From: Deltaproteobacteria bacterium RIFCSPHIGHO2_01_FULL_43_49
Lineage (GTDB): Bacteria; UBA10199; SPLOWO2-01-44-7
NCBI GenBank assembly: GCA_001798075.1
Contig: MGRG01000005.1
Coordinates: 1,148-65,147 of the forward strand
Reading direction: 5' to 3'
DNA: 64,000 bases
The position numbers and the translations under genes are program-made. Of the stretch, positions 16,920 through 26,126 are shown one piece after another. Each line of letters starts with the position of its first letter. Position 1 is the first letter of the stretch. The notes under the pieces are model-generated. The model was not told where the DNA came from. It did not search any database and saw nothing but the letters and a program-made list of their open reading frames with translations.

Positions 16920-18386
16920 ATGAGTCAATATATTTTATCGATCGATCAAGGCACTACAAGTACTCGAACCTTTCTTATCGATCACGATTTAAATGTCAAA
17001 GGAACTGCTCAGAAAGAATTCAAACAGCATTACCCAAAACCGGGTTGGGTAGAGCACAACCCTGAAGAAATTTGGGCCTCAACGCTTCAAACGATCAAAG
17101 AGGCATTGGCAAAGTCTAAAGTCGATCCAAAAAATATTGCAGGCATTGGCATTACCAATCAGCGCGAGACGACTATTCTATGGGACCGCAAAACGGGAAA
17201 GCCAGTTTATAACGCTATTGTCTGGCAAGATCGCCGCACATCGGAGCGTTGCCGCGAGTTAAAAGAAAAAAATCTGGAAGGGATAGTTCGTGAAAAAACA
17301 GGTTTGGTTTTGGATCCTTATTTTTCGGGGACCAAAATTGAGTGGCTCTTGAAAAATACTCAAGCAACGGGTGATTTAGCTTTTGGAACCATCGATACTT
17401 TTCTTCTCTGGCGCTTAACTGGAGGAAAAGTTCACGCAACGGATGCCACAAATGCCAGCCGCACACTCTTGATGAATCTCAAAACTTTAAACTGGGATCC
17501 GGAAATTTTGGAACTCTTTAAAATTTCTTCCAGTCTTTTGCCAAAAATTGATTCGTGCTCTGAAATTTATGGAACGACAAAAGGTCTTGAAGTACTGCCT
17601 GACGGAATCCCCATTGCCGGCATGGCAGGCGATCAGCAAGCAGCCTTGATTGGCCAGGCTTGTTTTGAAACAGGGGAGGCCAAGTGCACTTATGGAACCG
17701 GTTCTTTTATTTTGATGAACATTGGGAAAGAACCGAGGCCTTCTCATCATGGCTTGATCACGACACTGGCTTACAAAATAAAAGATAATGTGGCTTATGC
17801 TTTCGAGGGCTCTGCTTTTATTGCCGGCGCCGCTGTTCAATGGCTCAGAGATGGCCTAAAAATTATTCAAAAATCCTCGGATGTTGAAGAATTAGCTTCA
17901 CAGGTTCCAGATAGCGGTGGCGTTGTTTTTGTACCAGCATTGGTTGGACTTGGTGCGCCTCATTGGAAGCCAGAAGCAAGAGGAGTCATTACAGGAATTG
18001 ATCGTTCAACAACGGCCGCCCACATTGCCAGGGCAACTCTGGAAGGAATTGCTTTTTGCCAATCAGACATTTTACAAGCGATGACCAGCGATGTTGGAAA
18101 ATCACTCACTGTTTTAAAAGTGGATGGCGGAGCTTCAGCAAATAATTTATTGATGCAGTTTCAATCGGATATTTTGCAAGTTCCAATTTCCAGACCCAAG
18201 ATGTTAGAAACAACCGTTTTGGGAGCCGCATTTTTAGCAGGGCTGGCGGTTGGACTCTGGAAAGATTTGAATGATATTAAGAAAAGTTGGAAGGAAGATA
18301 AGAAATTTTCCCCGCAAATTTCAAAAGAAAAAGCTCAGGAAAAAATCAAGTTGTGGCAAATGGCTATTTCACACCTTCGGGATTAA
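16920..18386 (+). CDS. glpK: glycerol kinase
   Basis: MSQYILSIDQGTTSTR at the N-terminus, GTGSFILMN and FEGSAFIAGAAVQWLRD are canonical GlpK motifs, and the length is 488 aa. Confidence 0.95.
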   Translation: MSQYILSIDQGTTSTRTFLIDHDLNVKGTAQKEFKQHYPKPGWVEHNPEEIWASTLQTIKEALAKSKVDPKNIAGIGITNQRETTILWDRKTGKPVYNAIVWQDRRTSERCRELKEKNLEGIVREKTGLVLDPYFSGTKIEWLLKNTQATGDLAFGTIDTFLLWRLTGGKVHATDATNASRTLLMNLKTLNWDPEILELFKISSSLLPKIDSCSEIYGTTKGLEVLPDGIPIAGMAGDQQAALIGQACFETGEAKCTYGTGSFILMNIGKEPRPSHHGLITTLAYKIKDNVAYAFEGSAFIAGAAVQWLRDGLKIIQKSSDVEELASQVPDSGGVVFVPALVGLGAPHWKPEARGVITGIDRSTTAAHIARATLEGIAFCQSDILQAMTSDVGKSLTVLKVDGGASANNLLMQFQSDILQVPISRPKMLETTVLGAAFLAGLAVGLWKDLNDIKKSWKEDKKFSPQISKEKAQEKIKLWQMAISHLRD

Positions 18387-18933
18387 ACCTGGCTAGCAAA
18401 CGATAATAAAGCCATGTCAAAGCACGATTCCTTCTGGCAGCATTTTTTATTCTCGAGATGTCGTCTTCTCTAAAAAGATCTGGTTGGTTTGTATTAAGGG
18501 CTCGTAAAACAACTGCCGATTGACCACAGCCTTTTTCGGCCATGATTAACAAACGCTCAAAATCGCCTCGTTCAAGCGTTTGTCCTCTTTCAACTGCCCG
18601 CACCAATTGAAAACCAGCTTTTCTGTCGCCTTCTCCCATTTTTGAAATGATCTCTTTCACATCAATAGGTTCTCGCTTCACGGCATCTTTTGGGGCAATC
18701 TCTGTAGCCCTTCCTCCACGAACAATAGCAGAGATCTGGGCAAAGATTTCATTTTTACTCAGACCTGCAGGGTTCCTAGCAGTAAGTTCTTCCGTAAAAT
18801 GAACAACTCTTGAAGCATCGCCTAAAGTGAAAGGCCCTTCGGCTTCTTGCGCAGCAGCAATTCCTAAGAGGATGGCCTCTTCTAAAGGACTAACAGAGAC
18901 AGCGACTGAACCAGCTACAGTTAGTGGTGGCAT
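18364..18933 (-). CDS. hypothetical protein
   Basis: This is a 189 aa ORF with a GGAG Shine-Dalgarno that overlaps the glpK 3' end convergently. I recognise no family. Confidence 0.4.
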   Translation of the reverse strand: MPPLTVAGSVAVSVSPLEEAILLGIAAAQEAEGPFTLGDASRVVHFTEELTARNPAGLSKNEIFAQISAIVRGGRATEIAPKDAVKREPIDVKEIISKMGEGDRKAGFQLVRAVERGQTLERGDFERLLIMAEKGCGQSAVVLRALNTNQPDLFREDDISRIKNAARRNRALTWLYYRLLARFNPEGVK

Positions 18934-19256
18934 TTCAATTTCTCCTTTTCATTTTTTAGAAAGCGAGCCGCATAATCCATACATATTTTTTCAAGTCAAG
19001 GTGTTTTGCGTCACGCTTCTACTATAGTTATCCTTTTCGCGCTATCGCGCTTCAAGGACTTCGTCGGCCACCCGCTTCGCGGGTTCCCGGCCTCGGTCGT
19101 CGGCTATACTACATTTATCTGTAATTTTTGGGAAAAGTTGCTTGACAAAACCAACAAAATTCCAGATAAGAACAAAAGGCAAAAAAACTATACAATTCAT
19201 ATATTTGTAACGTTCACCATCCACGCTAAAGAAATGCAAAAAAGCAGTTCCGACGA

Positions 19257-20195
19257 ATGTCATTAGAAATCTTCATTAAGAAAAAGGGTGAAGAAATCGG
19301 CTTTGACAAAGTAGCTTTTGCCAGAGCCGATTCCTATTTAGAGCACAATGCCCTTCAAAATTGGCTGGCCCAGGGTTGCCATGGCGACATGAACTACATG
19401 GAGAAAAACAAAACTAAACGGATGAACCCCAAAGAAGTCATGCCGGAGGCCAAATCTGTCATCACTTGCGCGCTCAATTATAATACAGATTACCCTTACT
19501 CAATTGATTGCAAAAATCCCAACAAAGGCTGGATTGCAAGATACGCATGGGGAGAAGATTATCATATTATTATAGAGGAGATGCTCAAGTCTCTTCAGAA
19601 AGCTGTATTACAGTTGGAGCCAGGCACCAACTGTAAGATTTATGTCGATACAGGGCCAGTGATGGAGAGAGTTTTTGCAAAACATGCCGGTGTGGGATGG
19701 ATTGGGAAAAATACCTGTATCATTGATCCAAAAATTGGTTCGTGGCTTTTTTTAGGGATTATTTTGACAAATTTGGAACTCAAAGAAGACCCCGTCATTC
19801 CCGATCATTGCGGCAAATGCACCGTCTGCATTGATGCCTGTCCAACACAAGCAATTACACAGCCATATAAAATTGATGCGCGCCGTTGTATTTCTTATCT
19901 AACCATTGAACATAAGGGAGAAATCGAACCAGAGTTGGCTCGAAAAATGGGGAACAATATTTTTGGTTGCGACATCTGCCAAGATGTCTGCCCATGGAAC
20001 AAAAAAGCCCCTAAAACAGAATTGCCGGCTTTTCAACCACGAAATGGTTTTTTCAATCCAGACCTGAAAGAACTTCGCCAAAAAGTATTAGAAAATTATC
20101 CACAAGATTTTAAAAACTCCCCCTTGAAACGCCCTAAAAGAGACGGGCTGATAAGGAACATCGAAATCGCTTCTAACAATGCCCTGATGATATAA
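19257..20195 (+). CDS. queG: epoxyqueuosine reductase
   Basis: GWIGKNTCIIDPKIGSWLFLG, CGKCTVCIDACPT and GCDICQDVCPWN are QueG signature motifs (two 4Fe-4S ferredoxin motifs plus the cobalamin-binding region). Confidence 0.85.
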   Translation: MSLEIFIKKKGEEIGFDKVAFARADSYLEHNALQNWLAQGCHGDMNYMEKNKTKRMNPKEVMPEAKSVITCALNYNTDYPYSIDCKNPNKGWIARYAWGEDYHIIIEEMLKSLQKAVLQLEPGTNCKIYVDTGPVMERVFAKHAGVGWIGKNTCIIDPKIGSWLFLGIILTNLELKEDPVIPDHCGKCTVCIDACPTQAITQPYKIDARRCISYLTIEHKGEIEPELARKMGNNIFGCDICQDVCPWNKKAPKTELPAFQPRNGFFNPDLKELRQKVLENYPQDFKNSPLKRPKRDGLIRNIEIASNNALMI

Positions 20196-20238
20196 ATCAT
20201 GTTTGCAGAGTAATTGAATTGAGAGTAAAAGGGATGAC

Positions 20239-21192
20239 ATGCGGCGGGGAGAAGGAAAAGTTCTTGGCTTCATCGTTTTTGCGGTCTCCATTATTCTTTT
20301 CGCGCCGACCACTTTCGCCGCACCGAAATCCAAAACCAGAAAAACTGAAAAAAAAGAGCCCCTAGCCGCCTCCGCAATGGTTGGCGATTCGGTCTGCCAA
20401 AACTGCCACGAGGATCAACTTGCAAAATTTAATAAAACCTTGATGGCAAAATACCTCTATTCAAAAACAAAATCCGGAAAAGAAACCTTTGCTTGTGAAA
20501 CATGCCACGGCCCCGGCAGGGCCCATTCCGAAGCGGGCGGGGGTAGGGGAGTCGGTAATTTGATCACCTTTGGCAAAGGGGCTACCACGCCGGCGGAAAA
20601 GCAAAACGCCGTCTGCCTGCAATGCCACAGTGGAAATGACAGGTTTTTTTGGAATGGAAGCCCTCACGATTCCAAAGAGGTTGCCTGCACCAGCTGTCAC
20701 AAAGTGATGGAAAATGCCACCGAACGTTTCCAACTTTCCAAGTCCAGTGAGATTGAAACCTGCGGACAATGCCACCAGCAAAAAAGGGCCCAACGGATGC
20801 GCTATTCCCACATGCCCCTTCGGGAAAACAAGATGAAGTGCACCAGTTGCCACAGCCCTCACGGATCGGTATCGGATAAATTGCTAAAAGGAAATTCAAT
20901 CAATGAAATGTGCTACTCTTGCCACGCAGAAAAACGTGGGCCGTTCCTCTGGGAACATGCCCCCGTTGCCGAAAGTTGCACGAACTGCCACGACCCCCAT
21001 GGAAGCAACAATGAAAGAATGCTAACGCTGCCAAAGCCAAGGTTGTGCCAACAGTGCCACGTTGAAAGTGGACACCCAACCACCCCACAAAGATTAACTG
21101 CGACTCGTTACTTATCTGATCAAGCTTGCAACAACTGTCATTATGATGTGCACGGCAGCAATCACCCGTCGGGCAAGGCCTTTACGCGGTAG
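20239..21192 (+). CDS. periplasmic decahaem cytochrome c, MtrA/MtoA/DmsE-like
   Basis: The product has a signal peptide and ten CxxCH motifs in 317 aa (CQNCH, CETCH, CLQCH, CTSCH, CGQCH, CTSCH, CYSCH, CTNCH, CQQCH, CNNCH). Size and haem number match MtrA/MtoA. Confidence 0.8.
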   Translation: MRRGEGKVLGFIVFAVSIILFAPTTFAAPKSKTRKTEKKEPLAASAMVGDSVCQNCHEDQLAKFNKTLMAKYLYSKTKSGKETFACETCHGPGRAHSEAGGGRGVGNLITFGKGATTPAEKQNAVCLQCHSGNDRFFWNGSPHDSKEVACTSCHKVMENATERFQLSKSSEIETCGQCHQQKRAQRMRYSHMPLRENKMKCTSCHSPHGSVSDKLLKGNSINEMCYSCHAEKRGPFLWEHAPVAESCTNCHDPHGSNNERMLTLPKPRLCQQCHVESGHPTTPQRLTATRYLSDQACNNCHYDVHGSNHPSGKAFTR

Positions 21193-21200
21193 GAGGATCT

Positions 21201-23363
21201 ATGCAACGTGGGAGAATACTATTTTCAACTCTTGCAGGTTGCATTGCCCTTCTACACATTGCCGCTAATAGTTACGCCGAGACCAAATTGTTTGGCTTTA
21301 AAACAGATGGTGAACTCTCGGCAGGGGGCCGAGCTTATTTGGAAGAACTCCCCTATCAATTTGAAAAGGCGAAGCTCGAAGAATACCGCGATCTGAGACA
21401 GCAATTCTTTTTGGACAAATTCCGCCTCGGCCTGGAAAGCGAAGACAAGCCCACTCTTTTCGAAATTGGGGGATCACTGGCAGGCCAACGTGATCAAAAC
21501 TTTTTCTTAAAAACCACCCAACTTGGAACCTATAACTTCGAGTTTGAATGGGACCAAATGCCGCATCTCTATTCAACGAGCGGTCAAATGTTGGGAACAA
21601 CAATAAGTCCCGGCGTTTATACCTTGGCAAGCCCTCGACCAACCGGGGCTCAATTTAACGCGGCGCCCTTCATCGATCGAATCGCCGCTCAATGGAATAC
21701 AGCACGCTTTCAAATTTCTTACCAGCCTAGTGATGAGTGGGATCTTTCATGGAAATATAATTGGATCATGAAGGGAGGGGAGCGCCCGCTCGGTATGGCA
21801 TTTGGAACTCCCGGAAGCAATTTTCGCGAAGTTTTGGAACCGGTGGAACATGATATCCATGATTTCCAGTTCACATCCCGATATGCAAAAGAAAAATACC
21901 AGCTTCAGTTCAACTACAACCTTTCTCTTTTCGAAAACAGCCTGAATTCGGTCACTTCAGACAACCCCGCTTCGGCAACCGATGGGGCCTTTGCTGCCAC
22001 AGCAACCGGTGGCTCCAGCACTCCAAGCAGGGGGCGAACAGCGCTGGCACCGGACAATGTGGCTCACACCTGGAGCCTTGCGGGTAGCATTCAACTACCT
22101 CACAAAACACGTATCAATAGTTCCTTTTCCTACAGCTGGCGGATTCAAAATCAGATTTTTATCCCTCATACCATCAACCCAAACATCCCTACGGCAAATT
22201 TGACGCTGCCCCAATCCGCACTGGAAGGAGAGGTGGGTGTCTTGTCTTATAATTTTAATCTGACCAGTAAACCCCTTGATAAGCTGACGCTGACCACAAA
22301 ATACCGTTTTTATCGCTTCGACGATGACAGCAGCACAATTATTTTTCCTGCATATGTGGAGGATGATCGAGTATTAGTAAACGGCAATCTCACCGCAGAG
22401 AGATATTCCTTCGATAAACACAAGGCTTCATTCGACGCCCGTTGGCAATTGTTAAAGCCGCTCGCATTGACAGCGGGAATGGATTGGGAACGCTGGGATC
22501 GTGGCTCTCATCGTGAAGCCCGAGAGACCGATGAGTATACGCCGAGGATATCTCTAGATTTAAAACCGAGTCATCGAGTACTTTTCAGGGCCACCTACTC
22601 TCCTTCCATTAAAGTAATTGATAATTATATTCCCCAATCTTCTCTGCAACATGTCTCCTTGCGCAAATTTGACGAAACCTCAAGGCAACGTCATAAAGTC
22701 GATTTTTTCACCCAACTTACTCCCTGGGATAATTTATCAACCAGCATCAATTTCAATTACAAAAACGACGATTATCAAGATTCCACATTTGGATTGCAAG
22801 ATTCTGAGAGCTGGTCTGTCGGAACAGATCTCTCTTGGAGTCCGACTGACCGACTGACATTGTTTGGAAACTACACAAGAGAAGAATATTTTTCCAAACA
22901 AGCCTCCCGCTCCAGAGCAACGGGAATTTTGGAAAACACTGCCTATGATTGGGTTGCAAAAACGAAAGATATTATTGATACCGCCAGAGTGGGATTTGAT
23001 ATCGCATTGATACGCAACAAACTAAATTTGAGTGCCAACTGGGACATTTCCCGTCAATCAACCAAGATGGATGCCTTCAACCCACAAACTCCAACGGGCG
23101 GCACAGCCGCTCAAAACACTACGGCAACGGCCAATGACTTTCCTGCCATCAAAAGCACGCTCAACCGTTTTGAATCCTATCTAAAGTATCGGTTTGGCAA
23201 GGCGTGGACCGCCAAGTTTGCCTATCTCCTTGAAGACTTTGACAGAGACGATTTTCGCACCGACGGCCTGGTACCAACAACAGGAAGTGATATCGTCCTG
23301 GGCAGCGCCCCTCTCGATTACACAGCCCACATCGTTGTCGCCACATTGGGCTATCAATTCTGA
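21201..23363 (+). CDS. outer-membrane beta-barrel protein, MtrB/MtoB/PioB-like porin partner
   Basis: The 720 aa product has a signal peptide, alternating amphipathic Tyr/Ser/Thr/Asn-rich segments, and a C-terminal ...VATLGYQF ending in Phe, the usual OMP terminus. It lies immediately downstream of the decahaem gene. Confidence 0.6.
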   Translation: MQRGRILFSTLAGCIALLHIAANSYAETKLFGFKTDGELSAGGRAYLEELPYQFEKAKLEEYRDLRQQFFLDKFRLGLESEDKPTLFEIGGSLAGQRDQNFFLKTTQLGTYNFEFEWDQMPHLYSTSGQMLGTTISPGVYTLASPRPTGAQFNAAPFIDRIAAQWNTARFQISYQPSDEWDLSWKYNWIMKGGERPLGMAFGTPGSNFREVLEPVEHDIHDFQFTSRYAKEKYQLQFNYNLSLFENSLNSVTSDNPASATDGAFAATATGGSSTPSRGRTALAPDNVAHTWSLAGSIQLPHKTRINSSFSYSWRIQNQIFIPHTINPNIPTANLTLPQSALEGEVGVLSYNFNLTSKPLDKLTLTTKYRFYRFDDDSSTIIFPAYVEDDRVLVNGNLTAERYSFDKHKASFDARWQLLKPLALTAGMDWERWDRGSHREARETDEYTPRISLDLKPSHRVLFRATYSPSIKVIDNYIPQSSLQHVSLRKFDETSRQRHKVDFFTQLTPWDNLSTSINFNYKNDDYQDSTFGLQDSESWSVGTDLSWSPTDRLTLFGNYTREEYFSKQASRSRATGILENTAYDWVAKTKDIIDTARVGFDIALIRNKLNLSANWDISRQSTKMDAFNPQTPTGGTAAQNTTATANDFPAIKSTLNRFESYLKYRFGKAWTAKFAYLLEDFDRDDFRTDGLVPTTGSDIVLGSAPLDYTAHIVVATLGYQF

Positions 23364-23471
23364 CCGGAAAGCCATTTTAAAGCCATCCTAGGCTCAGCCA
23401 AAAGAGCCAGCAAAAAAATAAGCCAGACCCCTTGACGATCGCAGTATAAGAAGTTATCTTACAACCTGCTT

Positions 23472-23957
23472 ATGGATACTGGCGAAAAGAAAAAAATGTC
23501 GGTTCACTACTTCCGCAAGGCTTATGAGGCCCAAACTCACGGAGATTTGGGGGAGGCGATCGAGCTTTATCAAAAATCAATCGACACCTTTCCCACACCA
23601 GAGGCGCTAACCTTTTTAGGCTGGGCCCTTTCCTTTTTGGGAAAATATGATGAAGCGATCTCTTTTTGCAAAAAGGCAATCGACCTAGATCCCGATTTTG
23701 GCAATCCCTACAATGATATCGGTGCTTATTTTATTGAATTGGGCAAATTCGATGATGCCATCCCCTTTTTGGAAAAGGCCACCAAAGCCAGCCGCTATGA
23801 CACCTATTGTTTTCCTCATTACAATCTGGGTCGCGTTTGGGAAAAAAAGGGGATGATTATTAAGGCAAAGCAAGCCTTCCAAAGGGCCCTAGAGGAAAAT
23901 CCGGAATATATGTTGGCTGTCGAGTCGCTAGAACGCTTGAAATACGCCCTCAACTAA
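23472..23957 (+). CDS. TPR repeat protein
   Basis: The product contains three to four TPR-like 34-residue units (e.g. [46 protein letters not shown]). Confidence 0.7.
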   Translation: MDTGEKKKMSVHYFRKAYEAQTHGDLGEAIELYQKSIDTFPTPEALTFLGWALSFLGKYDEAISFCKKAIDLDPDFGNPYNDIGAYFIELGKFDDAIPFLEKATKASRYDTYCFPHYNLGRVWEKKGMIIKAKQAFQRALEENPEYMLAVESLERLKYALN

Positions 23958-23986
23958 GCTACACTTTTGATCAAGGAGAGATCGTT

Positions 23987-24325
23987 ATGGAAAACGCAGA
24001 ACTAGTCAGTTTAAGTCCAAAAGCGGTGGAAAAAATTAAAGAATATTCGGAGAAAATGCCGGAGGCTAAAGGGAAACAATTTCGTGTCTATGTTCAAGGT
24101 GGCGGCTGCTCCGGATTTTCTTACGGCTTTATGTTCGACGATCAAAGAGACGGCGACAATATCATTCAAGCCAGTGGCGTTACCTGTTTGATCGATTCTC
24201 AAAGTTTGATGCTCATTAAAGGGGCGACGGTTGACTTCGTCGAAGGGATGACGGGTGCTGGCTTTGCGGTTGAAAACCCCAACGCCAAAACCTCTTGCGG
24301 CTGCGGCTCTTCGTTTAGTGTTTAG
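23987..24325 (+). CDS. erpA: A-type iron-sulfur cluster carrier (ErpA/IscA/HesB family)
   Basis: [13 protein letters not shown] together with a C-terminal CGCGSSFSV gives the three conserved Cys of A-type carriers. Confidence 0.85.
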   Translation: MENAELVSLSPKAVEKIKEYSEKMPEAKGKQFRVYVQGGGCSGFSYGFMFDDQRDGDNIIQASGVTCLIDSQSLMLIKGATVDFVEGMTGAGFAVENPNAKTSCGCGSSFSV

Positions 24326-24342
24326 AAATTCGAGGTTTTATA

Positions 24343-24780
24343 ATGCAACGTGGTTTTATTGTCTTGCTTCTTATATGTGTTGCGGGTTGCAGTAGCTATT
24401 TTACCCCCTATCACTCTGAAACAGCCCCCTCTCTCGAGAGTGGGATTTTGCTTGCGGGAACAATCATCATTGATTCAAAACTTCATAAAAAAATCCAACC
24501 AAGCGACACCCTTTATATCATTGCTAAAAAGGGAGATGGAATGCCTCCTTTGGCAGTCAAAAAAATGGCCGTCGGGGCATTTCCCCTAAAATTTGAGTTG
24601 GGGTCTCAGGATATCATGATGCACGGGGCCTCTTTAGAAGGGGATGTTATTCTAGTTGCCCGCATTGACCAGGACGGGATGGCTGGCCCTCCACAAAAGG
24701 GAGATCTAGAGGGGAGAACAGCAAAGCCGATTTCTATCGGTGACCAATCTATTGAAATAAAAATCGATAAAAGTTTTTAA
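24343..24780 (+). CDS. hypothetical lipoprotein
   Basis: The product has a signal peptide with a lipobox, LLICVAGCSS. Confidence 0.5.
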   Translation: MQRGFIVLLLICVAGCSSYFTPYHSETAPSLESGILLAGTIIIDSKLHKKIQPSDTLYIIAKKGDGMPPLAVKKMAVGAFPLKFELGSQDIMMHGASLEGDVILVARIDQDGMAGPPQKGDLEGRTAKPISIGDQSIEIKIDKSF

Positions 24781-26126
24781 TTCCCCAATTCATACACTAT
24801 CCACTCCGAAAAGGTTTCCGGACCTCGATGTTTTGGGAGATCTTCATCCCAAAGGGCAAATGAGGCATAACCCAATTGGGGAATGGGGGCATCCTCATTT
24901 TCTGCCGGTCGGAGCGTCCTTCTAAAAATCACATGCCAACTCCCCTGATAATATACCCCTTTGCCGGTCACATTTTGTCTCATCAAATCTTGAGGTTTCA
25001 ACTGTCCGACACCACCTGCATTGAAGTCTTTGAAGGAACCCGCCTTCCATTCCCAAATGTTTACTTTTTTGGAGGCACTTCCCATGCCAAGATAAGGTAA
25101 CTCGATAGGATTGGTTATTGTATCCATTGGGAGCTGAATCGCGGCGGCGTCACTTTGATTAGGATCCACATTCATCCGATCATCTTCCCACTGGATATAG
25201 AACGCAATCTCTTTGTCATTATGCAGGGCTTTTATGGTAAGCCATTCCGTCGCTTCGGGTTCATGCCATAGATGTTTTAGAAAAACGGGGATGCTGGAAG
25301 TTTTTTCCCATGCCTCATCTTCATAATCTAAAGGAATTTCTCCGTTTATTTTGGTAACGGGGAGCAAATTCCTTTTTGGACTGGAAGGATCATATCCCTC
25401 CGGGAGGGGCCTTTGAATAGATTTTAGGTAATGGACGAGTGACCACATCTGTTCTTTTGAAAAGGTGTGTTCATAGCCAGGCATCGGCGTCCCGGGAATT
25501 CCTATCATGAGGGTGCGGTAAATATCCCTGGTGGTATTTCCCCATTTCAAAGGGCCACGAGTCAAATCCCTTGGCGCAATCCTGTCTCCCCAAACATCTT
25601 TTAAAACAATAGCTCCCGGTCCGTCTCCTTTTCCTTGAAGACCGTGGCAAGCGACACAACCGCTTTTTTCGTAAAGTTCCCGTCCCGACTGAATCGATTC
25701 GGGCGTCTTCTTGGGCTCTTCAGGGGTGTCCACAGAAGGACCCGCTTTCTCATTGGCCAATCTTGGATTGAAGGATTTTAAGTATGACAAAATTGATCGC
25801 CAATCCTCCATGCTCAGCAAGTCCCAGCCGGGCATTGATGTGCCGGGGATCCCAAGTTTCATGGTCTGCAACAAATCGAGATCGGCAGGAACGGCCCCCC
25901 TTGTCCTGCGGTATTTAAAGATGCCTGAAGTAAAATCCCTCGGCTTTGGCCATAAAAATTCGGCGATAGGCCCCTTGCCGTCTCCTTTGGAACCGTGGCA
26001 TGAAGCACAATGAACTTCATAAAGATGTTTTCCCTGAGTTGTTGAAACCTCTCGGCTTGTGTCTCTGCAAGCTCTTTGCTGGCAAGAGAGTGATAGAGCA
26101 AGCAAAATAAAAAAAACTCTTTTCAC
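24777..26126 (-). CDS. dihaem cytochrome c with a C-terminal ~230 aa domain of unclear family
   Basis: Two class-I cytochrome c motifs are present, CASCHGSKGDG and CVACHGLQGKGDG, each followed by the Met-containing GIPGTxMPG motif. The gene is the last in the Rieske/cytochrome b operon. Confidence 0.7.
   Translation of the reverse strand: MKRVFFILLALSLSCQQRACRDTSREVSTTQGKHLYEVHCASCHGSKGDGKGPIAEFLWPKPRDFTSGIFKYRRTRGAVPADLDLLQTMKLGIPGTSMPGWDLLSMEDWRSILSYLKSFNPRLANEKAGPSVDTPEEPKKTPESIQSGRELYEKSGCVACHGLQGKGDGPGAIVLKDVWGDRIAPRDLTRGPLKWGNTTRDIYRTLMIGIPGTPMPGYEHTFSKEQMWSLVHYLKSIQRPLPEGYDPSSPKRNLLPVTKINGEIPLDYEDEAWEKTSSIPVFLKHLWHEPEATEWLTIKALHNDKEIAFYIQWEDDRMNVDPNQSDAAAIQLPMDTITNPIELPYLGMGSASKKVNIWEWKAGSFKDFNAGGVGQLKPQDLMRQNVTGKGVYYQGSWHVIFRRTLRPAENEDAPIPQLGYASFALWDEDLPKHRGPETFSEWIVYELGN

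Noticed and set aside
19020-19110. Possible tRNA gene (GGGTTCC-like segment)
   Set aside because: Neither strand gives a cloverleaf. There is no 7-nt T-loop with a GTTCRA consensus flanked by a 5 bp stem, and no plausible D-arm or anticodon arm at the right spacing. The segment is better described as a simple UUCG hairpin.
20461-21088. Several 60-130 aa minus-strand ORFs inside the decahaem cytochrome gene (and similar ones inside other cytochrome genes, e.g. 29337-30125 and 30141-30902)
   Set aside because: They are shadow ORFs antisense to long genes with dense CxxCH motifs. GC-rich codon third positions on the real strand inflate antisense ORF length.
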